From assembly GCA_014905635.1 (NCBI GenBank), contig JABVCE010000007.1, forward strand, positions 372,001 to 436,000: a DNA stretch of 64,000 nucleotides. The letters are read 5' to 3'. This document shows positions 53,243 through 64,000 of the stretch, one piece after another; within the stretch, counting starts at the first letter, position 1; each line of letters opens with the position of its first letter. The position numbers and the translations under genes were made by a program. Source of the stretch: Scenedesmus sp. PABB004 (lineage: Eukaryota). A model generated the notes under the pieces. That model was not told the DNA's origin, made no database searches, and saw only the letters and a program-made list of their open reading frames with translations.

Positions 53243-56200
53243 CCGGCGCGCGCGCGGCTGGGCGGCGCCGACGCGGCGATGATGTCGCGGCGGGGCAGCG
53301 GGGAGAGGGTGATGAGCTGGAGGACCTCCAGGGAATAGAGGCAGATGTCACTGAAGTACCTGTGCTCAGTTCAATTCAAGTCAAAACGTCCAAGTGGCAG
53401 TCGGCGCCCGATTGGCATGCATGAATTGGAAGCGGCGGGGCGGGCGGGCGGGTCTGAGAAACTGCCGCGGCCCCCGCGGGCGCGCGGGCGGGCCGCGCGG
53501 GCGCGCGGGCGGGCGGGCGGGCGGCCCGCCCGCCGCCGCGGGGCCCGGGCCCGGGGGGGCGCACCGCTCCTCGCCGGGCATCGCGCGCACGAGCTCCAGG
53601 ATGAGTCCGACAAGGCCCTGCTCAGACAGGCGCTCGAGCAGCGGCCACCTGCGCGCGGCACACGCGGGCGCCGCTCGCCGGCGCGCGCCTGGCGCGGCGC
53701 GGTCGCGCGCCGCGTCCCCCCGCGGCGTCGCCCCGGCGCGCGCGCGCCGCCCCGGCGCCGCGCACCGCGTGCGCACAAACGCCTCGGCCAGCTTCGCGTC
53801 GGCCGCGAGCGCGGCGATGAGCTCCGTGACCGCCGCGGCGCTCGTGTTGAGCGCCTTGTGCGGTGCCGGCGGCGCGGACGGCGCCTGGCAGTGGCAGTGG
53901 CGGCGGCGGCGGCGGCGTCGGGGGGTGGGGCGGGGCCGAGTCGCCCCCGCCCCCGCCCCGCCCCCGCCCCCGCCCCCCCCGCCCCCGCCCCCGCCCCGCC
54001 CCCCCGCCCCCGCCCCCGCCCCCCCCCGCCCCCCGCCCCCGCCCCCGCCCCCGCCCCCGCCCCCGCCCCCGCCCCCGCCCCCGCCCCCGCCCCCGCCCCC
54101 GCCCCCGCCCCCGCCCCCGCCCGCCCCCGCCCCCGCCCCCGCCCCCGCCCCCGCCCCCGCCCCCGCCCCCCCCCGCCCCCGCCCCGCCCCCGCCCCCGCC
54201 CCCGCCCCCGCCCCGCCCCCGCCCCCGCCCCCGCCCCGCCGAGCGGGCGCGCCTGGCCGTCGCGCAGGCGGCGCTGCAGGGAGGCCATGTGCGCGACGAG
54301 GTGGGCGCGCACGTATTGCAGCAGCGCCCGGCTGGCGTGGTAGGCGACCTGAGGCAGCAGGCGCGACGGGCGGGCGTCGCCGTCGACCGCAGCCCCTGCC
54401 GCGCGCGCTCGCCGCCACGCTCGCCGCCGCCGCGGCGGCGCCACGCCGCGCCGCGCCGCGCCGGCCCGCGCCTGCTTCTCGGCGCGCAGCTCCGCAGGGC
54501 CGCCCTCCTGCAGCAGCTGCACGACGTGGCGCAGCGGGTACAGCAGGCGGTGGAGGCCCTCCTGCGCGTCAAAGGCCTCGAGCAGCACCGGGAAGTGCAC
54601 CGCGGCGTCAAAGAACAGCGCCGCGTTCTTGCGCGCCGCGTCGCTGCTCGCCGCGAGCAGCGACAGCCCCGCGCCGACGAGCCCCGCCGGCACGGGCGGC
54701 GGCAGCGCGCACGCGCGCTCAAACGCGAGCGGCAGGCTGGAGAGACCAAACAGCGCGAGCGAGAGACCCATCGCGGTGTGCGCGGTCCTGCGCCGGCGGC
54801 AGCGGCGGCGGCGACGGGGGGGGGGGGGGGGGGGTGTCAGCGGCGCCGGCTGGGGTGCGTCTGCGGCGGCGGCCCCCGCCCGCGCCCTGCGTCCGCGCCC
54901 CCAGCAGCACGCACCGCGGCACCCCCAGCAGCAGCTGCACGCCGCCCTGCTCCACCAGCAGCTCGCCGAAGCGCCGGTGCGCGAGCAGGCTGCACACGAG
55001 CTGCATGACCTCGTTCAGCAGCACGCCGCTGCCCTGCCACGCGGTGAGCAGCGCGCAGCAGCACTCCACGCCCTGCGCCGCGAGGAAGGGCCCCAGCGCC
55101 TCCACGTACTCGCCCGTGCACGTGAGGCAGCGCACGACGCCGAGCAGGCGCTTCACGCGCAGCGCCGCGACGTCCGAGCCAAAGCCCTCGGCCGCCGCCG
55201 CCGCGGCCTCCGCGAGCAGCGGCGCCGCGCCGGCCGCCTGCCCCGCGCCGCCGCCGCCGTCGCCCTGGCTGCCGCCGGCGCCTTGGCTGCCGCCGGGCGC
55301 CGGCGCCGCCGCGGCCGGCTGCTGCTGCGGGCCGCGGTGCGAGAGCACCGCGCGGCGCAGGTAGGCGCAGCAGGCGGCCACGATCGGCGTGCGCACCGCC
55401 TCGTCAGCGTACTCCTCGTTCGCCAGCGCGATGGCCAGCAGGCCTGCGGCGCGGCGCGGCAGCGGCAGCGCGTCTGCCTGCCTGCCTGCTCCCGCCCGCG
55501 CGGCGGCCAGCGCGTGCGGCGGCGGCGGCGGCGGCTCGCACCGAGCGCGTAGGTGTCGCGCGCCTCCTCCAGCAGCGCGGTGAGCGTCGCCGGCGGCGCG
55601 TCGCCGAGCAGCGGCGCGCGGTCGAGGCCGTCGAGCGCCCAGCGCCCGAGCCGCTCCACCAGGCCCTCCTCAGTCAGGGGGTACTGGAAGAGCCAGCAGT
55701 CGAGGCACGCGAGCAGCAGCCGCAGCGCCGCGACCTGCTGCTCCAGCGACGCGGACCGCCCCAGGACCCAGCCGTCGACGAGCGCGTCCTGCAGCTCCTC
55801 CGCGTCCTGCGCGCGCGGACGGCGGCGGAGCAGCGGCGCGTCGAGGCGTCGCGGCGCGGCTGGCGGCGGCGGGCCGGCCCCGCGGCCTGCCGGGCGCCGG
55901 CGCGCGCCTTGATCGCCGCGAGCAGCTTTCCGATGGTGTAGTGCCCCCGCAGGCTGGGGCTGGCGTGCGGGTCGCCCACGAGCGCGCGGAAGCGGCCCTC
56001 CTCCGCCTCGACCAGCGCGGCGAGCTGGTGCACCGCCAGCACGCGGTCCTCGACCGGCCCCGCCTCCGCGCGGCGCAGCAGCGCGCCGATGGCCTGCGCG
56101 CGGCGGCCGCGGGCACGGGAGCGCGGGCGGCGACGTGCGCGGCGGGCGGCGGCGCGCGGCGGGGCGCGCTGCTGCCGCGGTCCGCAGCGGCGCCGCGCGC

Positions 56201-56254
56201 CTCGCGGTCCAGCGCCGGCGGCGCCGGCGGCAGCGGCCGGCCGGCCAGCCACAT
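45873..56254 (-). CDS. DCAF1: DDB1- and CUL4-associated factor 1 (DCAF1/VprBP), many exons
   Basis: ARKNAALFF, EAFDAQEGL, AVRSSNGIRVLL, RALACSAVLGLARD..IRHILTKLQ, KIERAAIAAATPISY plus LisH (ELLLLVYEHLKASGL), IVTAYLRQQH, WSRFR, WD40 repeats (GCFHPGGAEIILNSEVWDLR) and an acidic tail. The start codon is tentative. Confidence 0.93.
50217..50221 (-). promoter_or_regulatory. TGTAA polyadenylation signal (PsbS), inside the DCAF1 intron
   Basis: TTACA on the plus strand, about 190 nt downstream of the PsbS stop in an AT-richer segment. Confidence 0.6.
50410..51553 (-). CDS. PSBS: Photosystem II subunit S (PsbS), 281 aa; exons 51440-51553, 51100-51300, 50410-50940; nested in a DCAF1 intron
   Basis: Transit peptide plus two LHC-like halves: LGFTRDNEVFVGRLAMAGFAASVVGE-LLSGGQGPLAQ and WGFTAQNELFAGRLAQLGFAAALLGEAATGLGPLAQLSAETGVP. 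Both introns are GT-AG, phase 0; the CDS totals 846 nt. Confidence 0.92.
53943..54239 (-). repeat. (GGGGGC)n array, about 300 bp, in a DCAF1 intron
   Basis: CCCCCG units are directly visible on the plus strand. Confidence 0.92.
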
Positions 56255-56599
56255 CTCGGGGAGCGCCCACGCGGCGGGCGCGGCGGTCAGGGCGCCGCGC
56301 GGCGCATCCGCGACGGCCGTCGCCCGCCGCCGCTGCTGCTGCTGCTGCGCGCGCCCGGGCGCGGCGGTGGCGCGCCTCGCGGGGCCGCGTCTGCTGGAGC
56401 CGGTCTGGGAGGGCCGGCCGGGGCCTGGGGCTGGTCCCTGGTAGCAGCAGCATTTTTAACAGGTCGCAGTGGCCCAGCCGCGCGACGAGAGCACCCCGCA
56501 CACTCCCCGCTGCGCCCCGCCCGCCTGATCAAAGCACAGCGCGGCCCCCGCGCCCCCGCCTTGGCGCGCAGCGCAGCTCCTCGTCCAGCGCAGCGCAGC

Positions 56600-57311
56600 A
56601 TGGGCGGCGGGGGCGACAGCTACCACCCCAAGGGGCACCACACCTTCAAGGGTGCGCCGGCCAGGGCGCTGCGGGCCAGGGGCGCCGTGCGAGGGCGGCC
56701 TGATCGCAGCGCCCTCCCCGGCGCCGGAGGCCCCGCATTCCAGGCCGCCGCGTCGGCAGGGACCGCGCCAGGGCCCGGCCGGCCAGCACCGCGGCGGCCG
56801 GCGCCCGCGCCGCCGCACGCCGGCCGCGCCGCGCCGCGCGCCGAGCGCCGAGCGCCGCCGCTGCTGCTCCGCGCGAGCGCGCGCCCGCAGAGGTGTGGAG
56901 CCCGTCGGGCGGCTGGTGGTGCGACCCCAAGGGCTGGCGCCGCAACACCGCGCTCGCGGTGGGCGTGTACATGGTCGCCTCGTACTTCATCTTCTCGTAC
57001 AGCGCCGAGAACGAGGTGAGGCACCGCCCCGCAGCAGCGGCGGCAGTGGCGGCAGCGCCGGCAGCAGCAGCGGCGGCAGCGGCTGTGCGCCCGGCAGCGG
57101 CTGTGCGCCCGGCAGCAGCGGCGGCGGCTGTGCGCCCGGCAGCGGCGGCGGAGGCAGCACCGGCTGCGCCCGACGCCGACGCCGCGCCGACGGCGTGCCG
57201 CCCGCGCTGCTGCTGCGCGCGCAGCGGCGCTACACGTACCCCAAGAACTGGGTGCCCAGCATGCTCTACGCGAAGCACTTCCCGCCCAAGCCCGAGGGCG
57301 CGCCAGAGTGA
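56600..57311 (+). CDS. Small mitochondrial complex I accessory subunit (plant KFYI/NDUFC1-like, fungal NUUM-like), 87 aa; exons 56600-56651, 56891-57015, 57225-57311
   Basis: MGGGGD...VWSPSGGWWCDPKGWRRNTA, one TM segment, then RRYTYPKNWVPS. Confidence 0.78.
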
Positions 57312-57862
57312 GCGCGGCCAGCAGCAGCAGCAGCAGCAGCAGCAGGAGCAGCAGCGGCGGGCGCGGGCGCGGGAGCGGGCGCCCGGGCGCCTGCCGGGGC
57401 GGCGGCGCGGCGCGGGGCAGCCGCGCGCCGCCGCGGCGCGGCTGTACTACTAGGTAGGCCACCGAGGCGGCGCCGGCGCTGCAGGAGCAGCGCCGGCGCC
57501 CGCGGTGGCGGGCACGGCGACGGACGCGGCGGCGGCAGCGCCAGGGCGCGCGCCGGCAGCCGGGGGCTGCGGGCTGGGAGGGCGGGCGGGAGGGCGATGG
57601 CTGGCAGGGCGGGGCGGGCGCGGCGCGGCCGCGGGGATGAGAGCAACGTGACGTGCCGTCGAGCGCCGTGCGTGGGTCCGGCCTCAGTCCCTGCCTCGAC
57701 CACAGCTGGTCGACATCACCCCGCCCGTCTGCCCGCGCTCGCTGCACAGCCTTCACACCCGGCCCCGCCAGCCACAGCCCGCGGCGGCGCCTCTGCGCCG
57801 CGCGCGTCCTACCCGCCCCGCCCCTGCGCCAGCCCAGAGCGCCCGGGGATCACCGCCGCGCC

Positions 57863-58011
57863 TCACAGCTCGTCGTGCCCGCCGTCGCCCTGGATCTTGG
57901 CGCGCAGGCCCGCCAGGTCCTGCTGGCGCTGCGCCTCCTCCGCCGCAATCTCGGCCGCCAGCGCCGCCTCCTCCGCGAGCAGCGCCGCCATGCTCGCCTC
58001 CAGCTCCTGCA

Positions 58012-58054
<43 letters not shown>

Positions 58055-61000
58055 GGCGGCGGCGCGGGCGGCGCGGGGGGGGCGCGTCGGCGGCCCGCGC
58101 TGCGCAGTCCCCTGCCCAGGAAGGGCTCGCCGGCGGCGCCGGCGGCGGCGCCGCCGGCGGCGCCGCCGGCGCCCCGCCCCCCCCCCCCCCCCCCACCTCC
58201 AGCTTCTCCTTCTTGCAGGCCGCGGGCGTCGCCGCGTGCACGACGTAGGTGCAGACCTCGGGCTCGCTCGCCTCCCACGCGCGCTCGGCCGGCCCGCACT
58301 CGATGCGCACGCGCAGCGAGCGCGCGGGCGCTTTGTGGCAGTAGTCCCCGCCGTCAAAGAGCGCCTCGCTGCCGCCCTTCTCAAAGCCCTTCCACACGCC
58401 GAGGCTCGTCTCGTGCCCGCCGCCGTTGTCGACCTGCACCGCCTTGTCAAAGAAGCAAAACCTGGTTGGTGTGGTTGGTGGGGTTAAGCGCCGCGGCGGC
58501 AGGGGTGCGAAGCAGCGGAGCCGCGTCGGCGGCGCGCGGGGCACGCGGGCCGCGGCGCGGGCGGGGCCAACTGGCGGGGCCTGCGGCGGGGCGCGGCGCG
58601 GGCGGCGCCAGGTGGCTCACTTGTAGGTGAACTGCGGCATGCGTGCCTCGAGGCACTTGTTCATGAGCCCCGCCCACGCGTCGTTGAAGGTCACGCCGAC
58701 CTGGGGCGCCGCGGCGGCGGCGGCGGCGGCGGTCGGCGGTCGGCGGTCGGCGCGCGCGGCAGGCGCGCCTGGGCCAGCGCGCGCGCCGCGGCGCGGCGCT
58801 CTGGGCCCACCTGGCGCCCGACCCGCTCCTTCTCGGCGCGCAGCTCACTCAGCTTGCGCTCCGCGGCGGCGTGGTCGCTGCGCACCTTGCGCAGCTCGCT
58901 CTCTGCGGCGGCCGCGCGGCGGGCGGCGGCGGGCGCAGCGCGTGGGTGCGCGCACGCGCCGCCGCCGCCGTCGGCTGCAGCCTCGCGCGCCGTGCCGGCC
59001 GCCGCCGGCAGCGCTGCGCGGGGCGTGGGGCGCGGGCGCGCTGCTGCTGCGCACCGTCGAAAGGCACATACTCGGGGTCGTGCGCTGCGCCCGCCGGCGC
59101 GTGCCAGCTCGGGTCCTCCTCCTCGGGCGGCGCCTCGTCCTCGCCGTCGTACGGCGTGGGCGGCTCGTCGTCCTCGGGCAGCGGCCCGTCGCCCTCCTCG
59201 CCCTCGGGCGGCGGCGCTGCGGGCACGGGCGCGGGCGTGTGGGGGGGGGGGGCTTGGGCGCGCCGGCCGGGCGGCGCGCCGCGCGCGGCCGGCGCGGGTG
59301 GCCGTGGGTTGCGCGAGGCTTGAGCGCCAGCTTGCCCGCACCTGTGCCGGTGGGTGTGATGATCTTAGCGACGGTCTCCTTGGCCTTGGACAGCACGCCG
59401 CTCAGCGACCAGCCGCCTGGCGCGCGGCGGCGGCAGGCGCGCGGCGGCGCTGTCAGGCGGGGCGCCCCCCCCCCCCCCCGCGAGGCATGGGCCGGGTCGC
59501 TGGCCTGGCCCTGCCCTCGCGCGGCGCCGCCGCGACTCACTGTCGGCCTTCACGTCCGCCGCTGGCTCACCGGCAGCCGCATCCCCCGCTCCGTCCGCTG
59601 ACTCCTGCGGCGGCGGCGCGGCGGCGGCGGCGGCGGCCGCGCGGGTCGGGCGCCATCGCGGGCCTGGCAACAAACACGCCACGCAAGGGAGCGGCCGGGG
59701 GCAGCCAGCACGGAGGCAGCGAGCATGCGGGGGCACGCCGCCGCCACCGCCGCGCCCTCGCCGTCCGGCGCCGCTGCGGGCGCCGCCGTGGCACGGCGGC
59801 CCGGCGCCACCGCGGCGTGGCGTGGCGTGGCGTGGTCACCTCAGCGCCCTCGCCAGCAGCCGCCCGCCGCCCAGCACCACACAGCCAGCTGCCAGCACGA
59901 TCCACAGCACCGCGTTGGCCCAGCGGGACACCGCCACGCCGGCGGCGGCGCGGCTCGCCAGCGCGTCCGCCGCCGGCGCGTGGCGGCGCCGCAGGCGCGC
60001 TAACCGCGGCGCGCTGCCGCTGGCGCTGCCGGCGCGCGGCGCGGCGCGGAGGTGCGGCACACGCACCGATCCGGCGGGGCCGGCCGCCGCAGGGTCGTTG
60101 GTCCACTGAGCCGCGATGCGCCGGCCGCGCTCCTCGTCGGTCTGCGAACAGGCAGGCCGGCGGCGGGCGCGTCGGCGGCGGCGGCCGCGCGCCGAGGCGC
60201 CCCGCCGCTGCTGGGCGCCCGCCGTCCGCGCTGCCGGGCGGCCGCGCGGCCGCGCCCCGCACCTCCTCCTGCTCGCCGGCCGCGGCCTGCTCTGCCGCCA
60301 CCGCCTCTGCCTGCGTCGCCTCCGCGCCGTCCTGGCCCGCCGCCGCCGCCGCGGCCGCCGCCGCGTCCGCCGCCGCCGCCTGCTCCGCCGCCGCCGCGTC
60401 GGCGGCCGCCTTGGCCGCGGCCTCCTCCGCCGCCTTGGCCGCCGCGGCCTCGCGCTCCGCCTTGCGCTGCGCGGCGAGCGCGTCCTGCTCCTTCTTGTGC
60501 GCGGCACGCTTCACCTCCGTCTCCTCCTCCACGCGCTTCTTGTCAGCTGCGCGGCGCGCACGCGCGCGGCGCAGGCGGCGCGGCTGCTCGGCGCCGCGCC
60601 GTCACCCGCCGCGCCACGCCGCGTCGCGCCGCCCCGCGCCCCGCGCACCCGTGAGCTTCTCGAGCTCCGCCTCGGCGCGCGCGATGTCGCCGTCGACGTT
60701 GGCGTGGCGCTGCTTGATGTTCTCGCGCACGCCCGCCGCCGACGCCGCGTACGCGGCCTTCTTCTCCAGGCTGGCCTTGTACTCGCCGATGCGCGCGCGC
60801 AGCGCGTCGCGCGTCGCGCTGTTCTTCTCGATGCACGTGTTCTTGCAGCCGCTCAGCTCGTCGCTGCCGTCGCAGCAGTCTGCGGCGAGCAGGCGGCGAC
60901 GCGACGCGCGGCGCGGCGCGGCGGGTCGGCCGCGGGACTCCCGGGCGGCGCCCAGGGCGGGCGGCACGGCTGCGCGCGCCGCGGTCGGCGGCCCGCGCCG

Positions 61001-61493
61001 CGCGGAACGCGCCGGAGCAGCGGCGGCGCGTGCGGCGCGGCGCGCACCGCACACGCCGTCGTCCACGAAGGAACTGGACAGCAGCTTGGGCTCGTGGCCG
61101 CGGTTGCGGCAGTAGAACACGCCGGGGCAGGCGGAGGTGCCTGTCGGGCGCGGGGGGCGGCCTTGATCGCCCGGCACGCCCATCTCGCGGCCGGTTTGCC
61201 CTGCCCGAGGCGCGCGCGCCCGCGGCGGCGCGTCTGCGCCCACGTGCCGCGGCGCCGGGCGCACCCGGCTCGTCGCTGCCGTCGGGGCAGTCGCAAAAGT
61301 TGTCGTTCACGGCGCCAAAGTCGATGCTCCTGCTGCCGTCGAAGCACGCGAACCGGCCGTCCACGGGCTGGTACTTCTCGACCTGCTCCGGCCTCACGCC
61401 ACGGATCAGGCTGGACGCGGCCGCGCCGCGCGCCGCGCCGGCCGCCGCCAGCGCGAGCAGCAGCGGCAGCAGCGCGCGCCGACCCGCCGCCAT
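57863..61493 (-). CDS. Glucosidase II beta subunit (PRKCSH), multi-exon
   Basis: Signal peptide, VNDNFCDCPDGSDEPG-TSAC, FYCRNRGH, VDDGVC-DCCDGSDE, a coiled coil, the MRH domain (FDGGDYC...RSLRV...EPEVCTY) and C-terminal HDEL. Confidence 0.95.
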
Positions 61494-61993
61494 GCTGCCT
61501 GCCCCCTGCCTGTGCGTGCCTGGCGCCCTGAGTGAGTGACTGAGACGAGTGTGGGCCGGCCGGCGGCGAACGGCGCGAGGGGACCGGCCGCCGACCGTCG
61601 CCCGACCGTCGCGGCGCTTCTGCGGGACGACGGCGCGCGCTGCAACCGCCGGCGAAGACGGACCGCCACGGCCGGCCGAGCTCCTCCTCGATCACCGGCG
61701 GCGCGGCGGCGGCGCTCCTCGCGTCCCGCGCTGCCGGCAGCGCGCGGCAACAGCGCTGCGCCGCGCCGCAGCGCTTAGCCGGGCCGGCCTGGGCGGCGTC
61801 CGGTTCCCAGAACTTGCGCTGCGGCCACTGGCACGCTGCCAGGCGGGCGGCGGCGCGGCCGCAAGCTCGCGCGGCGGCGGCGCGCGGGGCATCTGCTGCG
61901 CCGTTCGTGCGCCGGAGGGCTGAAAGAGAGAGCCTTCTCGCCCCTGTTATGCGATGACTCTGGCCACGGCATCGCACTGAGCGTGCGCCCGAC

Positions 61994-64000
61994 ATGGAGG
62001 AGGCGCCGGCGGGCGCGGGGGAGCAGCAGCAGCAGCAGGCGCCCGCCGCCGGCGCGGCCGAGGTGCGCAGCGCCCGCCGCCGCCGCCGCCGCCGCCGCGC
62101 GCTCTGCACGGGGGCGTCCTGCCCACGCTGACGGACGCGTGCGCCGCCGCACGGGCGGGCCGCGCTGGCCCTGCCGCCGCGGCTCGCGCGGCGCGGCGCG
62201 GCTTCCAACCGCGCCAACCGCCGCCGCCCGGGGCCGCGCAGGTGGACGCGGGGGAGCTCTATTTCCTGGTCCTGCGCTGGCTGGCGGCGGGGCCCTGCGC
62301 CGGCGCGGCGGCGGCGCTCGCGGCCGACGTTGAGGCGCGGGGGCTGCTGCCGCCGGTGCACGACGTGCGCGGCGGCGCGCGGCCGGCGCGGCTCGACGAG
62401 CTGTCGCGCCGGCACGCGGGCGTGCCCGCCGACGCGCTGCCGCAGCTGCTCGGCGCGGCGCTGGCCGGCGTGCGCGCGCGCGGTGCGCCCGGCGCGGACG
62501 GCCTCGCCACGCTGCTCGCGGGCGGCCCGCTCGCCGCGCTGCCGGCGCTCGCCGGCGCGCCGCGCCGCGGCGCGCGCCCCGACTGGCTGCGCGCGCCCGG
62601 CGCGCCGCCGCCGGGCGCGCCCGCGCTGCTCGCGCTGCAGCAGGCGGGGCTCGCGGGCGGCCGCGCCGCGTGCGCGGCGCGGCTCCCGCTCTCGCTCGTC
62701 GCCGCGCGGCTCTGCCACCACGCCACGTTCCGGGGGCACGGCTACCCTGTTTTCTCACTCATCTTTGACCACACAGGCGCCCGCGCCATCACCGGCGCAG
62801 ACGACGGCCTCGTCAAGGTACGTACGCACCTCGACGCCGCCGCCGGCCGCCGCGCCCCCCGGCCGCGCGGCCAGGCGGCGGGGCCCGAACCCGGCCCTCA
62901 CGCGGGGCGTGCGCCGCCGCCCCCGCCGCGCCGCGCCGCGTCGCGCCGCGCCGCGCCGCGCCGCGCCGCGCCGCGCGCAGATCTGGTGCCTGACCACGGG
63001 CCTGCTGCAGGCGACCTGCCCCGGGCACCTGAGCGAGGTGTCAGACCTCGCCCTCTCCGCCGACGGCGCGCTCGTCGCGTCCGGCAGCACCGACGGCGAC
63101 GTGCGCGTGTGGAGCATGCAGGCGCGCCGCGCGGCGGGGCGCCGTGCAGCGCGCGCGTGCGGCCGCGCGCGCGCACAAACTCGCCGCGGCCGCGCGTGAC
63201 GGAGGGGGCGCCCGCCGCCGCCGGCGCGTGCGCCGCCGCCCGCCGCAGCCCGAGAGCCTCGGCCAGAACCTGGCGGTGCTGCGGGGCCACGGCGGCAGCA
63301 TCACGCTGGTGAAGTTTCACCCGCGCGTCCCGGCGGCGCTGCTCTCGGCGTCGCAGGACGGCAGCGTGCGGCTGTGGGACGCGCGCGACGGCCACCACGC
63401 GCCGCTCGTGCTGCGGCCGGGCGAGGGCTTTGGCGCGCACGCCGGCGCGGCGGCGGCCGCGGCGGTGCCGGCGGTGCCGGCGGTGCCGGCGGCTGCAGAC
63501 GCGGCGGCCGGCGGCGCCGGCGGGGGGCAGCCGCACGCTGGCGGCGTGGCGGGGGCGGCCGGTGCGCAGCAGGAGGTGCGAGCTCGCTGCTGCCGCGGGG
63601 GCGCCTCCACCTGCAGCACTCGCGACAGCCGGCAGGTCGCTCACGCGCCGCCGCGCGCGCCTGCGGCCGCGCGCAGGCGGCGCCGGCGATGCTGGGCTGC
63701 AGCTGGAGCCCCGACGGGGCATTCATTGTTGGGAACAGTGAGGACTGCAGCGTCTACGTCTGGCACTGGGACCTCGCAGCAGCGCAGCCGGCGCAGGCGC
63801 CGCAGCGGCGCGGCAGCCTCGGCCTCGGTCGCGCGGCGTCGGGCCAGCCGCCGGGCGAGGCGGGGCCGTCCGCCGCGGCCGAGGCGGGGCCGTCCGCCGC
63901 GGCCGGCGGCCAGCAGCAGCAGCTCGGACAGCAGCAGCGCCGGCGCAGCGGGCAGCTGTCGCCGCGGCTGAGGCGGCACAGCAGCGGCGCCGCGCCGCTG
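61994..64000 (+). CDS. PHIP/BRWD-family WD40 protein, 5' part; runs off the window end
   Basis: ELYFLVLRWLAAGPC, RGHGYPVFSLIFDHTGARAITGADDGLVK-IW, CPGHLSEVSDLA and LRGHGGSITLVKFHP. Confidence 0.88.

Noticed and set aside
53280..53460. AT-richer patch with TGATGA...CTGA resembling a C/D snoRNA
   Set aside because: It is antisense to the host, and the minus strand is a DCAF1 exon (YFSDICLYSLEVLQLITL) plus its acceptor region.
45873..64000. DCAF1 and PHIP/BRWD (both DDB1-associated WD40 proteins) as a functional cluster
   Set aside because: They are separated by two unrelated genes, and proximity alone is not evidence of a cluster.

Overview
A very GC-rich (visually ~75-80%), gene-dense, intron-rich eukaryotic nuclear window. 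It looks like a chlorophyte green alga, probably Sphaeropleales; this is inferred from the plastid-targeted genes PsbS and NOL, the TGTAA poly(A) signals and the TTTAGGG motifs. Most ORFs in the supplied track are shadow ORFs caused by GC bias. Manual splicing supports about 22 genes: MPP-alpha (partial), a putative beta-barrel protein, a PLP aminotransferase, H2A.X, a FIRRM/FLIP-like protein, PDCD2L, peroxisomal thiolase, two unknown membrane proteins, GDPD, a GUP1-like MBOAT, a Deg protease, bL34m, DUF971, NOL, an MsrA-like protein, a tandem-CCCH protein, DCAF1, PsbS, a complex I KFYI-like subunit, glucosidase II beta and PHIP/BRWD (partial). Five observations stand out. (1) A complete 3-exon PsbS gene with its own candidate poly(A) signal is nested on the same strand inside a 2-kb DCAF1 intron. 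(2) GC-AG introns with an AG|GCGCGS donor are very frequent (5 of 10 in thiolase). (3) A 128-bp inverted-repeat-bounded cassette carries an intron-containing copy of a gene located 18 kb away. (4) A ~450-bp inverted duplication brackets a divergent gene pair. (5) A transmembrane-coding in-frame read-through lies inside a glucosidase II beta intron. All gene models are hand-derived and lack transcript support.
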